From Girardia tigrina (Eukaryota): a stretch of DNA of 64,000 nt. A model generated the notes under the pieces. The model had not been told where the DNA came from, ran no database searches, and worked only from the letters and a program-made list of their open reading frames with translations. The translations under genes and the position numbers were made by a program. The stretch is taken from contig MQRK01225399.1 in NCBI GenBank assembly GCA_001938485.1, forward strand, positions 28,758 to 92,757. The letters are read 5' to 3'. Shown piece by piece: positions 26,478-39,682 of this stretch; positions within the stretch are counted from its first letter, which is position 1, and each line of letters begins with the position of its first letter.

Positions 26478-27764
26478 ATCAAGAAATAATGTCAAATAAC
26501 GAAAGTAGTTTGAATAATTGTTGTAATGACAATTCCATTTATGATATTAACAAATGTTCGAAAAATCATATTGCTGTTGTTTATAAAAGTTATGAGTATT
26601 TATGTTTCCTTTACAATTTTTTTATGTCCAGCAATATTACTTACATTCATAAGGATTGCGATCCTGAATTCGCATTCAAAGATGACTCGAAGTCTCTCAA
26701 CTTTATATAACATTATACCAATTATATGTACATTGAGATCATAAATGAGATCAAAACACAATCCCAACTGTTTTGAGAATTTATTGCCAAACATATCATC
26801 AAATTTTGTGTATCGAAGATTGTTTATAAATGTAAGATATCTTCTACAGCTTTATAAATTTAAATCCTTCTGAATAAGGTACAGTAAAAATATATTCAAA
26901 TCCTAAACTGCTTTTATGAGTGTTACAAAATTGATCTTGATCTTGAACACTTATAAGTTTATTTTTATTATTTTTGTTAGCTAATCTACTATGGATGTTC
27001 AAAACCATCATCATGCAATAATTTAGTTAATTTTTCAGAACTTTCATCGCATCGGTTATATGTGAATATCAAAGAGTCCATGAATGAAAAATAAGTCCTT
27101 TAATCAAATGAAAAGATATTTAGATTCACAGAAACCGTCCAGGGTTGTATAAAATAAGTATCAGTTTTCTTTCTCTTAACTCTGTTAATTTTTTTATCTT
27201 AATTACATATTTTATTACTTCTTTTTTAATTTATTTTTTAACTATTATCTAAACGACTTTTTAACATTTAAATTGAATTTGAACAGTTTATCGATTTTTA
27301 GGGATCTTAGAAAAAAAGAAAATATTTAGTACCAAATTTGTTTAATAGAAAAATTTGTGAATTATTTTAAAAACGAAGTTTTTTGATTTTAACAAATTAC
27401 ATTTTAATAATTTTCGGGTTGTTTAAAATAATTTGAGATATGTTTCATTTATCTTTGAACGTCATAGATAATTTGTCGGCACTTTTATTCATGGATATAC
27501 CGAACCATTTCAACAAGTTATCATCAATGACAAAGACTAAGATTAAACATGCGTTATCATAAGAAAATCAAGTAATGAATACATAACAATTATCCGACAA
27601 TCTCTGATTTTTATGTTGTTTTGTTCACAAATATTCAATACCTTTTTACCAGTCAATTAAGTCTGCACGCTTTTTGAACTAAATAACGAAACACGCATAA
27701 GAAGTAGTTTTAAATTTCCTTGTCCTAAATATTTTCAATGTGGCTTGTATTCTATTCTAATATT

Positions 27765-27914
27765 TTAAATAAATATAGTTACTTCTGATTTTGGAAGAGA
27801 AGTATTAAACATTGATTGATGAATTTAGGCGAAAGCACTGCTATTGATTGTCATAGAGATGATCCAAATTGTGGATGTCATAAATGTTCTACCAAGTGTG
27901 TGAGTTCTCTTAAC
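27765..27914 (+). mobile_element. Solo-LTR 3' fragment
   Basis: Matches 20190-20320 and 63700-63827; ends GAGTTCTCTTAACA. Confidence 0.7.
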
Positions 27915-28344
27915 ACAAACGTGTTTAAGTCAAAAAATCTGTTTGTAAATGGAAATCGATTATTTAATTGGTTTAAAATTAGCATTATTGTGGTGTTTTT
28001 TTATTTTCCTGTCTCATAAAACTGTCAAATAAAATTACTGAAATTTTGTATTTATCAATTGTAATTTAAGAAAACTATTTATTATTTTATGTATGATGTT
28101 TTTGAAAACTACCAAAAACTGTGATTTTATAATAAAGATTTATGTTTGCAAAATAAATGTAAAAGAGAGAATTAAATGAATGTTGTTTAAATGTCTTAAA
28201 ATGAAAATAAGAATTTTTTTCGTTTTTGCTGTTAACTTTTATTTGCTGATACTGATTTCCTGGCAATATCTCTTCCGAACAACGATTCGCTTGCAAAGTA
28301 CAATAAACATCAAAATGAAAAATTCGTTTTTTGTTCATATACAG

Positions 28345-28480
28345 ATAAATGGGATTCAATACCTGAGGTTCCATTACTACAAGATCATGTTTTCATTGGT
28401 AAAAGGGCTCCATTTGATCGGGAAAGAAACCCGGAGCGAGTTGGTAATGGATTTTTATGTGTCTCAGTTCATGATCAAAG
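28345..28480 (+). CDS. FREM1: Internal exon of FREM1-like gene (C-type lectin)
   Basis: Acceptor TTTTTTGTTCATATACAG|, donor AG|GTAGGA. Phase-compatible with both neighbours: (D)KWDSIPEVPLLQDHVFIGKRAPFDRERNPERVGNGFLCVSVHDQ. Confidence 0.7.
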
Positions 28481-29100
28481 GTAGGATGACCTCTGCGGTG
28501 GACCGTCACAACGAAGCTGCTTATCCTACACTGCGATCAATGAAGGTTTTTTTGACAAGCATCTTTCTTGATGTCGTTTCCCCGGGCAACTTCTCATCTA
28601 GAGATTCATATTCTGATTCAAATACACAAAGAAGATGGGAACTCTTCAGAATATTAGACACTTTTCATAAATATGTCTTAAATTTCGCGTTTTGTGAAAT
28701 AATAAAAAATAATTTATTTAAAGAAAAAAATTGAATCATACCTTATCACGATTATCATTATTATTAGAGACACAAGACTGCGTTTCATAAAATTTACATT
28801 TATTAAAGAAGTTTGTTATGAATCTCTGATTATACATTTAAAATTCTTCGAGAAACAACCAATATTTAGACAAACTGTCTTTGATCAAATTCATGAAAAT
28901 TAAATTAATTAATTGAATTTAAAGACAGCCTCCAAAAATCAAATATCAAAATTTAATATTTAGAATTAAGATTAAAGTTACGAAACTAAAATCGAATATA
29001 TGGAATTTAATGTTTAATTATGATTAACAATTAAGGTAAATTTTGAGTTAATTAATTTTTAACTATAAAAATAAAATTAAAATTTATATCGATATTTATA

Positions 29101-30252
29101 TTAGGTTGGTCGAAAAATAATGGCGGTTTTTGAGCTTTATACTTTATTTATCCACTTTGATATGTATATAAGTTTAAATGCATTAGTGTTAGATATTATT
29201 TGAAATCTTATGCCTAGCTGTATATTCCTATAGCCATTATTAACATATTGCTGTTATTTTTTAGANNNNNNNNNNNNNNNNNNNNNNNNNNNNNNNNNNN
29301 NNNNNNNNNNNNNNNAATTTTCTGATGGAGATGAAAACCTTGAAGATGAAGAAGGTCGTGGTCGTCCAGTTGCTGTGAACAACGACGATTTGAGGACAAT
29401 GGTGGAAACAGATCCCCGTACAACAATCAGAGAATTTGCAGATGGGTTTGGCATTAGTCATTCAACAGTCCTGGATCATTTAAAACAACTTGGAAAAATC
29501 AAGAAACTTGATAAATGGGTTCCACATGATTTGAATGAAAATCAAAAGAACCGACGCTATGATATTTGTTCTGCCAATCATCTTCGCAATAAAAACGATC
29601 CATTTCTTGATCTTATTTTTACCTGTGATGAGAAATGGATCCTGTATGATAACCGACGTCAATCTGCACAGTGGTTGGACAAAGATGAAGTACCGAAATA
29701 CTTTCCAAAACCGAAACTAACACCCCGTAAGGTTATGGTGACAGTTTGGTGGTTTGATGCTGGAATCATCCACTATAGTTTCTTGAATCCAGGTGAAACA
29801 ATCACAGCAGAGAGGTACTGTCATGAAATTGATGAAATGCATAAAAAATTGAAAACCCTTTATCTGGGATTGGTCAATCGAAAAAGTCTCATCCTTCTTC
29901 ATGATAACGCTAGACCTCATATTTCAAAAGTGACTCTTCAAAAGCTTAATGAGTTGGGCTATTAAACCCTGCTTCATCCACCATATTCACCAGACCTCTC
30001 GCCAACGCACTTCTACTTTTTCAGGTATTTGTACAACTTCCTACTTGAAAAAAAATTCAAAAACCAAAATGATGCTCAAAATGCCTTCCAAGAATTCATC
30101 GCTTCGAGAACCGATGAATTTTATGCTGATGGAATAAAACAACTTGTTTCTCGTTGGCAAAAATGTATTGATGCCAACGGTTCATACTTTCATTAATAAA
30201 CTTTTGTTTCTGTGAATTTGCAAAAACCGCCATTATTTTTCGACCAACCTAA
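29101..30252 (+). mobile_element. Mariner transposon (cecropia/Hsmar1-like), both TIRs intact, transposase with nonsense mutation
   Basis: 32-bp TIR TTAGGTTGGTCGAAAAATAATGGCGGTTTTTG with TA TSD; WVPHDL, TCDEKW, HDNARPH, then TAA before HPPYSPDL. Lies in the last FREM1-like intron. Confidence 0.95.
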
Positions 30253-30791
30253 TATTTAATATTTTTTTATAACTAGTTTGTGCAAATTAAGAAAACATCG
30301 CACCTCAGAAATTTGTTTAATAGTTAATTGTGATAGAAATAAATTTTAGTATTTTGAATTATTTTATTGATCACGAACCAAACACACATTTACATTAAAC
30401 ATTTCATACAAAAATTTATTTTAGTTTGGCCTTATAATAATAATAACAATAAAAGTAATATTATTTTTTAAAACATTTTCATTACTGACGTAATATTTCT
30501 TTTCCAAACAATCTTCTCCCAGTACTGAATTTTATTTATATTTTTTATTATATAATAATCAAATATGATTAAAATTTCATTGAAAACGGAAATATGCATT
30601 TTCTCCGAACAAAAACTGACATTTGTCAAACAAGTCAATCTCTGAGCGACAAGTTTCGAAGACATTTGTGAGTGAGTGAAGAAAAATACATGACAAAAAA
30701 CTTTCATATTCATATATTTTAGAATCTAAATAAAGCAGCTTTACGAATATTTGAACAATCTAGACAAACAAATAATTTTTTTCTTCTGTAG

Positions 30792-30879
30792 GCTCCCGAG
30801 CGAACAAAGAACATTCGAATGTGACATTCGAAATTCCAGTCGTTTTGTTTGTTTGGTCGGGAGCGCAAAGAAATTCTAA
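30792..30879 (+). CDS. FREM1: Terminal exon of FREM1-like gene (end of C-type lectin)
   Basis: Acceptor TTTTTTCTTCTGTAG|; reads (R)LPSEQRTFECDIRNSSRFVCLVGSAKKF*, giving the C...C...FVC lectin cysteine pattern; AATAAA overlaps the stop. Confidence 0.7.
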
Positions 30880-31179
30880 TAAAAAAACAAACAAACCATG
30901 ATGGAATTTTTCTGTGTAATTATCGTATCGAGATTTGTAAATTAAAACAAGAGTTTTATTTTTCAAAGTTTTTCGTTTTTTTTGTTTAATAAAATCATTT
31001 TCCGAGTAAATTCTAACAAAAATTATTTTTGTCAATTTAAACAAAAAACAAGAAAGATAAAGAAATAAATTTTTCTTTGAATTTTTTACAAAATAGAATT
31101 TTCTTTTGAAAGATCATTTTTGGTTATCATAAAAATATAATTATTATGTTTATATTTTAGATTATATTTACGTTTTGTG

Positions 31180-32150
31180 TTCAATGAACTCCCGGCCTGA
31201 CAAAAAAAAGAATTCCCAAAAGGATAAATTTTGAACATTATGTCCATTTCGCTCCACACAAATCTACCAAAGAATAATCAACTCGAAAAACGCCTCTTGG
31301 GATCATGCAGGGAAGAAATACTCTCTGGCAATCTTCAAATCATCTTTGCATCCAAACTGGATGTCCCTCAATTGCTTCTCTAGGTGTCCGAAGGAGTAAA
31401 AATCGCTCGGTGCAAAATCTCGGCTGTACAGCGGGTGATCTACAAGCACTAAACCAGCACCTTCAATTGTTGCATGAAAAATGCAAAAAATGTGCATTAC
31501 ACATTTGGGTTAAAAAATATATAAGTTGTTTTTCTGCTTCTGTTCTTCTTTTTTCTGGCGGTTGTCACTAGTTGACAATAATAGTAAGCATTTATCGTGA
31601 TGTCTTTATCCGCAAAATCCGTGAGATAAACAACTCTACGATTCCAGAAAATGGAAAACATCATCGCTCGTTCATGATTTGTCCTAATTCGCATCTTTAA
31701 AGATGACTTTTTCCATGCAGTTTCTACTCCGGTGACTCACGCTTTGGTTTAGGTAAATACATTTTACCAGTCAAGAAGTGGGGTACGAATCTGCGGAACA
31801 GTTTTATTATACCCATGCATTTTAATTTACCGTGGGCTGTACTAACATTAATGTTGAGCTTCATTGATATTATTTTCATGGTAAATCCACGCTCTTCTGG
31901 GATCATCTTCTCCAATTTTTCATCAACTGTGTCAAATATTTCTTGTCGCCGACCCGATTTTTCTCGATCAAAAACGGAGTTTTCACAACCTTTAAACTCT
32001 CATATCTAACTGTATTCAAGAAAACGGAAAGCACCATCGCTCGTTCATGACTTGTCCTCGTTACTGAAAAATTTAATTTAGTCAATTTTCTTTAACTAAC
32101 TTATTTTAAAATTTTTCAAACGAAAGTACTTTCACTTTCTTGATGGTAGA
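31180..32150 (-). mobile_element. Highly degenerate mariner remnant
   Basis: Fragments RRFVPHFLT, MFSIFWN, ITINAYYYCQL and HPLYSRDFAPSDFYSFGHL in different frames. Confidence 0.8.
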
Positions 32151-32480
32151 ATTTATCAACGATGATTTATCTGCAGTTATCATCTACGTAATTTGCCTCC
32201 CCTAAGGTGAATCAAACAGTCCGTGTGCGTAAAAATCCCACTGTATATATTCATGTACATTAGAGGGTTGACTTTTTAACTTTTTATCCTTAAAATTAAT
32301 GAGTATATTTTTAAAATCTAAAATTGTTATATTTATATTTAAAAATGCCAGTAAAAATTGAAAATCTTAAAAACATAAGATTTAGAATTGATGTTCGAGT
32401 CGGTAAATCTTACGACGACTACGCAGCCCTGATAAAATTCAATGGTATATATTGGGTTCGTGATTAAAATCCAAAGTCAT

Positions 32481-35332
32481 TGTTAGGGTGAACTTTTAAT
32501 TTTGGTGAACTTAAAATTTTTGAGATTTTTTAAAAATCATATTTATATTTTAGATAAATTAAAAATTATATTCAACTAATTAAAATGAAATAATCTTTAA
32601 ATAAAAAAATTAAGTTTATAGATAATATTTTTTACTAATTAAAATAAATAAGATTTTATAAAATATATTTTATAGGTAACATTTCTACCAATTAAATTGA
32701 AATAATTTTTGTAAAAAATATAATTCACAGATAGTATATTTCTAATTAAAATGAAATAAGTTTTGTAAAAATTTTAGAGTAATAATAATATTTTAATTAA
32801 ATTGAGACAAATTTTTATAAAAATTAAGTTTTAAAAATTCACAATTAAAAATTCATCTTCAAAGTTAAAAAATATTGTAAAGAAGATTTTGATATATTTT
32901 GTAACACTATTTAAAATGAAATTAGAATGTTTATTGTACACGGAAAGTTTTATTAAAAACAAATAAATTTTATAATTAATGAATCTCTATTAAATAATAA
33001 TAAATTTAAATATTGCTAAATATTTTGTATTTTAAATTTCTAAGTCATTTTTACAATTTCGTTAAAAAACAAATTAAAAAAGAAATAATTTATATTCGAA
33101 TGATTTAAAATAAAAAAAATCAAAATTGAATAAAATAACATATTTATATTTATCGATAGTATTATTTTTATTTAGAATTTTTAGATCTGGATTATGTAAT
33201 TAAAATTTTGTTCCTCATAAATGTTTTTCAATAATGAAAATTGTAGTAAAAATAAAGTTTACGAAATTATGAATTCCAATTTTAATCACGAACCTAATAT
33301 GTCGACCATAGCCAGCAACTCGGATCAGTTGATTGCGAGACTTCTACCGGAAAAATACCGGAAAGAAGACAATATTGAAACATTTATAGCAGCATGCTCA
33401 AGGTATTTTAAGGTGGCTAAAACACCAGAAAGCATACAAGAGATTTTGATAATTGGATTGCTTTCTCATGAACTTGTACCTGTCTACGAGAATGTATCGG
33501 TCGAGACAAAGGGATACGAAGCTCGGTTACGAGAAGGCTTTCAAAAGAAAAGCTCTCTTATGGAGGATCTGATGGAGGCTGTAAATTTCGAAAGAACAAA
33601 TGAATCAGCGGAAGAATACTTTGCAACAGCAAAGAAACTTGCAGCAAAATTAGCAAAACATAATTGGTCGGAAGAAGAAATTGAAAAGAATATTCTAATT
33701 CATGGGTCCAAGTACAACGATGTGAAGAAAGAGATCAAGTTTAGAGAGGTAAAAGAAATAAAAGAAGTAAAAAATGTCATCAAAAAAGTGGATGAAGTCC
33801 GGGAAATGGAAAGGCCAGTACATGCGATGAGAGCGTCATACAAGGACATGGTAAAAAGAGGATCAGCGACAGGAAGCATAACGAAGAAAGGAGACAGTTT
33901 TGTTAGACGACATCCAGGGCAAAACAATATATCATGCTGGAACTACAAAGAAACAGGGCATAGACGGAGCGAATGTAAAAGATAAATGAAAATCACATGT
34001 CATGCATGTGGCGAGGAAGGTCATGTCCGACGGGAATGCAGGAAGGTAAGATGTGGAAGATGTAATAATCCAGGACATAGAGCTGAGGAATGCTACACGA
34101 ATTTGAATAAACGATATCTAGAAAGAACTGATTATCAAAGCAGTACCCAAGGAGATAGCCGATAATTCTCAGGTGCACAAACGAAAAGCTCAGGAAACCG
34201 GAACTCAGATAACTTCAGAAGAGGGTTCGAAAGAGGAAGACAGATCACGATGATGGAGAAGGATGATGGAGGAGAGCGAGAACATATAGAAAAAAACGAA
34301 TCGTGCCGAGACGACGAGGAACCGATCTTGGCACTTGAGTAAGTTTAGAGACAACACCGAATAGAGACAACAGGGGACCCATAAACATAAAACCGAGAAG
34401 ACAGCCGGTACATCTGGAAGACAAACTAGAAGAAGCTATAAAACATTTGGAGAAAAACGGAATAATAAAACCATGTAATTCTGAATGGAACACACCAATA
34501 GTATGCGTGTGGAAAAAGGACAAGGATGAAATTAGATTGTGTCTGTATTTTAGACAGTTAAATCGAATCACTAAGCGCCAAGTTTTTTCCATGCCGAATA
34601 TAGCTGAAATGATGGATAGATTACACGGTACCAAATATTTTAGTACAATAGACTTAGGGAATGCTTACTATCAAGTAGAATTGGATAAAGAATCACAGGA
34701 AAGAACGGCGTTCTCCACCAAGACTGGGCAGTTTTGTTTTAAACGGATGCCTTTTGGCATAGCCGCAGCCCTAGGAACATTCCAAGAATTAATGACAAAG
34801 GTGTTACAACCAATAAAGAAAGGGGCATCAGTTTATTTGGTCTGGATAAATCTAGACCTTTATTGGTCTGACTCCCATACTGAGAATCCCATTTTGTTTG
34901 AATCAATCAACGTAATTATAAATTACGGGCATAATTTAATTTTGATTTGAAATAAACATTTCATTGATTTCCGGTTTTTAATGGATAATTCTTACAAAAT
35001 TATTTTTTTAAGAAAAACTTTTCCGTTGACAATTAAATTCAATAAACATTATGATTTTTATTTTAAAAAGTGTTACATTATATCAAAATCTTCTTTGCAA
35101 TATTCTTTTACTCCGAAACAGTTATTTTAATTGTTATTTTTTTAAAACATAATTTTCTATAAAAAGTTGTTTCAATTTAATTAGTAAAATATTATCATTA
35201 CACTATAAATTTTTATAAAAACTTATTTCATTTTAATTAGTAAAATACTATTTTAATTTATCTCAAATATAAATATGATTTCTAATTTAAAAATATCAAA
35301 AATTTACATTTCACCAAAAGGAACCCCTAACA
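32481..35332. mobile_element. Foldback/MITE-like element with long imperfect inverted arms (~32481-33000 vs ~34970-35332)
   Basis: TGTTAGGG...CCCTAACA ends; shared blocks such as AATCATATTTATATTT and AAAGAAGATTTTGATATA in inverted orientation; ~55-bp subrepeats in the arms. Confidence 0.6.
33299..34840 (+). mobile_element. Ty3/Gypsy gag and reverse transcriptase fragment (protease deleted, no LTRs)
   Basis: Gag with three CCHC-type knuckles (CWNYKETGHRRSEC, CHACGEEGHVRREC, CGRCNNPGHRAEEC); RT SEWNTPIVCV...FSTIDLGNAYYQV...RMPFGI, truncated before YxDD. Confidence 0.92.
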
Positions 35333-36833
35333 GTATATAATTAGGATCAAGGGAAAAGTAAAGAGGGTCCTCATAAGGCCTAGGAAGACAATTAAAGTGC
35401 GTATTAGAGCAGAATATCGTTTCTTGTATCGTTACATCGCGTTATTTTGAAGGTGTATTAGATTTTTAAAGGAACTTTAATATTTATTATTAATTATTCC
35501 CATACCAGTTGAGTGTAAAATATTTATATATGTATGATTAAGAAAAGTATTCAATCCAAACAAAAATAAAATATTCATTAATGGGTTTTTATTTTTCAAA
35601 CACAAAAATATATTACAAGAGCGTTTATTTAATGAAAGACGTCTGAAAATATACAATAATATCGAAACTGATCTGATAATCTCAACTGAAGGGTCAGGTA
35701 CAACAAGGCCTCATGGAGGATATCATACTAAATATTTTCCTTCATTCTGTAAATGACGTTTGTATAAATATGGTCGACGGAAATTGGATTGATTGGTGAT
35801 AAAAAAATAAATGCTTTCTTCAATAAAGGATAATTAATAGAAAATCAGCAATTAAATGTCAAATTTAATAGTTTATTGGGTGGGTTGTATTTATATAAAT
35901 CATATAAATTACTTTTCCCTGACTAAAGTGTCCTGTTTGCCTAATCTACTTATTATTATAAAAGCATAACAAAATTAAAACATCCATCACACAAACTAAA
36001 CTTATACATAACCAAAATATATAATATATAGCTTTATTATCTATTATATATTAACAATAATCCTATTCATTTATTTGGTTAACTTTATATTATATAAATT
36101 GATCCCTCCAGTTTCAATTAGAACTAATAATTATTTATTAATTTAGCATTCATATGGTTAACGACTCGCTGTTGGGATATGCTTCTCGGATGTTGTGCCA
36201 TACCTTCACAAGACGTTTACTTATTTTACATTATTAGTGATCGACTTTATATTTTAGTGTTTATCGTATCATGGGTATGGGAATTCTCCCTCGAACAAAG
36301 GGTTCAAGCAAAGGAGGCCTATTGTCTGTCATTGACAAACTTAAAAATGAATGTTTTATTATGAATTACGATGTGTATTAACTGCAGAAAACGCGAAGAT
36401 AATATTTTTCTTAAAAAGCATTTGATAATATTGTTTCTTTTGTTCTATTAGAATCTCAGATTTAAGGAATACATATGCTGCCTTGTGTACAACCTCCGTA
36501 CTGTCCATTTTCCAGTTTATACAACCGGAGATAGAAGCAAGTGGAAACAATATAATGGAAACAAATAAGTTATGCAATTTCTTTTCTTTTGTTTTTTAAA
36601 TTTTGTCATGAAACAGAGCTGAGGATATTTTTGCAAATATCTAAAACCTCTCTCAATTTACGACAATCCTACAGAAAATCTACATTGTTTAAATTGCTCT
36701 ATTAATAAATCGTTTGTAAAAAAGGTTTTGCAAAAATATTGTTTAAAATTATTTAATCCTTTTTCTAAAAACATGTTTCAAGTAAGTAAAAAATTAGTTA
36801 ATTTAAAACAAAAGACTGTCTGATTGTACATCC

Positions 36834-36836
<3 letters not shown>

Positions 36837-36879
<43 letters not shown>
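36837..36879. repeat. (TA)n microsatellite
   Basis: Perfect TA run. Confidence 0.95.
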
Positions 36880-36886
<7 letters not shown>

Positions 36887-37903
36887 TTATATTTATGATC
36901 AAATTTGGACGTCAGTTGAAATACCCTTTACTTAATGAATCACAAAATAATACATTGGGGGCTGATCACGTAGAAATTTAAGTCTCGTCTGTTATACTAG
37001 GTCAAAGGTTAAGGCAAAATAACTTCAAAAGGCACAAACGTTATCCTTCAAATGTCATCAACTCAAGTTGTAATTATGTCACAGAAAGTCACTTTTCCTC
37101 CAAACCCTTTTAAATCAAAGCAGACAAATGAATGATAAAGGTAAAGTTTATGAATTACTGGCACAAGTCGGTCTAGAATACCAGATTCAATGTCATCACG
37201 AAGACGAGGCGATGTGATATTTGCTTTTTCGCAGTCAATCACGCTCATATATTGACATGGTATCAAATTCATCACAATTTACCTCTCGTTATAGCATCAA
37301 ATGGAATAAGTATCTCATCGAAGTCTAGAACTTCACGACACAGAAATTGTCTAGGTTGTAATCAGAAACTGTTGTCAGTAACAGATTTTCAGGATTGTCG
37401 AAGTAGTTGTTGGCGAAAACCGCAGAAATAATTTGTAAGAAGCACTAAGTAGTAGTTCTTTGTTCCATGGTGAGCAATGTAAAATCGAATTTCATATCTT
37501 GAACAAAGATTAATTGAAATCGAAAATGAAAAAGTAAAGTATCAGGAAGAGATCTGGGAGTGCAGAGAACTGTTGAAGAATATGGAAGGCAAATATAATC
37601 AACTCAATTTCGCTCCCGATAATCAAAATTCTGCGATAAAGTGTCAAACATGGTCCAATAATTTTAAAAATCCTTTGGATCAAGAAATACAACAAGGTGA
37701 AGGAATGGAATAAAGAAATCACATAAAGGTTCAGTATAAATCTAGAAAGGTTTTTTGATGGACTAGTTTTAAAAATTTACATGTGCATAAATCTATTGGC
37801 CTTCGTTGAAAGTCATTCATGGGTTAGTACGCCTGACTAGGCGTCCTTTAACTAATTTACAATGATCTCTTTTACTGAAAAATCACTTTTTAATTAATAC
37901 ATA

Positions 37904-38623
37904 CCCTGAAATCTCGTTATAAGCCTTAGACTTAGTAGAGAAAAAAGTTTTTTTTCAGCTTGGTAGAAGCTTAGTAAAAAAAGAGGCTTAGCATCAAGTA
38001 GAGGCTTAGTAAAGAAATTAGAAAAATTAATTAAAATTTTTTTATTTTAATATAAAAACTTAAATCTGATCTTTATCATCATCTTCTTCATCACTTCCAA
38101 AGCTTCTCTCATCCCTTAAAATGTCAATGAGTTGATCACAAATTTCTTCATCATTAGTTTCCATGTCATCATCGTTATCATCTGGGTCTTCTTCGGAGAC
38201 TTGATCAATTTCTTCTTCATCATCACCGTAGAATTTGATTGTTGTCTTTTTGAAACCACTTATAATTGTTGAGACTGGAACTTCATTCCATGCTTCAGAA
38301 ATCCATTTTGTAATTTCTTCGTATGATACATGCTTTAAATTTCCAGATTTTGTATAACTTTTGCAACCGTTTATAAGCCAATTTTCCCACCTGCTTCGAA
38401 GACGTGATTTGAACGATTTATTGACACTGATATCTAAGCATTGTAGTTTTTTAGTTAGACCTCTTGGAATCATAACCATCAAAGTACCACTGCGATAAAG
38501 ATTTTAGATAAAAATTAAGGTAGCGGCTTAGTAAAGAAATTAGAAAAATTATGATGACCGAAATTATTTACTAAGCTTACTCGGGCTTAGTAACTAGTAG
38601 AGGCTTAAAACGAGATTTCAGGG
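37904..38623 (-). mobile_element. pogo/Tigger-like deletion derivative
   Basis: TIR CCCTGAAATCTCGTT / AACGAGATTTCAGGG with TA TSD; ORF 38060-38482 IPRGLTKKLQCLDISVNKSFK is a DDE_1 C-terminus with acidic tail. Confidence 0.9.
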
Positions 38624-39682
38624 TAGGCTAAAAACCACTGTAAATTAACCGATATATTCTGACCAAGTAGAGCTGATCAGTATTGAGACTGACCAAACTG
38701 AAAAATTGTTCCAGAAAAGCAGCCAAAATTTTCAATATGGTCGTTGTTTACGAGCCCCACATTTTGATCAACAAGGTTATTGCATGTTGTCCAATTTACC
38801 AAATAGCCTGGACATCCAAATCACGTTGTTTTCGTTCCATAAAGAACTCTTTAATTTTTAAAATATATAATTGAATAAAGTAGTATTTAACAAAAATTTA
38901 GAATTTTCCTTCTTATATAAAATCCCCAATTGCTTAGTTGCCAACTAAACTATAATATAATTTAAATATATTTGAATTACTATTGAAAATGTCTACGATT
39001 CAAAGTTGCCAAATTTGTCTCGTTACGTCGGAGAGTCCAGATTTTCAATTACAATTGAAAGTTAGAGTTTCGTTTGGTCATTATTGAAGCAAATCGTTCG
39101 TGGATTCATTGGAAAGAAATCAGATTCGTAAATATTAAAGAAAATAATTGCTTGTATTATTAATTATATATAATCTCAAATAATTTATTTTTCTATGGCA
39201 AATGCTTTCTCTACCATTCTTGCGACTCTTCTTGTAGTCTTCTTTTTTTTATTCAAGAAATTTGTTGTATTCTGAGAAGATCAAGTAAGGATTGCAGATT
39301 ACTGGAGACAAACGAAAAAGAAAGAATAAGAAAACTGAGTTTGATGGAGGATGTACATTCGAACCTTCTATCACCAATAATAAAAAATAAGATGTTTTAT
39401 ATTCTTCTATAGTCAAATTTGTGAACCATATCAAATATAAAATTAGCAAATTACTCTACATTTACCGACATCTCGAAAATAACAAAATATTTATTAAAAA
39501 TAAAAAAGGTTTTTAAACAACCATCTCTCCAGCACAATTAATTAACCAGAGATTGTACAGAAATTGGAAATTGTGAGGAATATTTTAAATTGAATGAATG
39601 TATTGATGTTCTATGTTGATTCGAGTTTGTTGAACGTAGAATGGTGATTCACCCACCCAGATGTAAATTGCATTTACAAATG

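Larger units (their letters stand above)
24693..26585 (+). mobile_element. Solo LTR interrupted by a MULE element
   Basis: Starts TGTGAGAAATG; core TCTCCTAACAAGATGG; resumes after 26486; TSD AATGT/AAAGT. Confidence 0.65.

Noticed and set aside
28180-28734. 184-aa ORF in the track
   Set aside because: Wrong frame over the real exon and AT-rich intron; no motif.
30792-30810. miR-375-like sequence on the minus strand (TTTGTTCGCTCGG)
   Set aside because: Only the seed region matches, the hairpin geometry is atypical, and the segment is explained as a coding exon.
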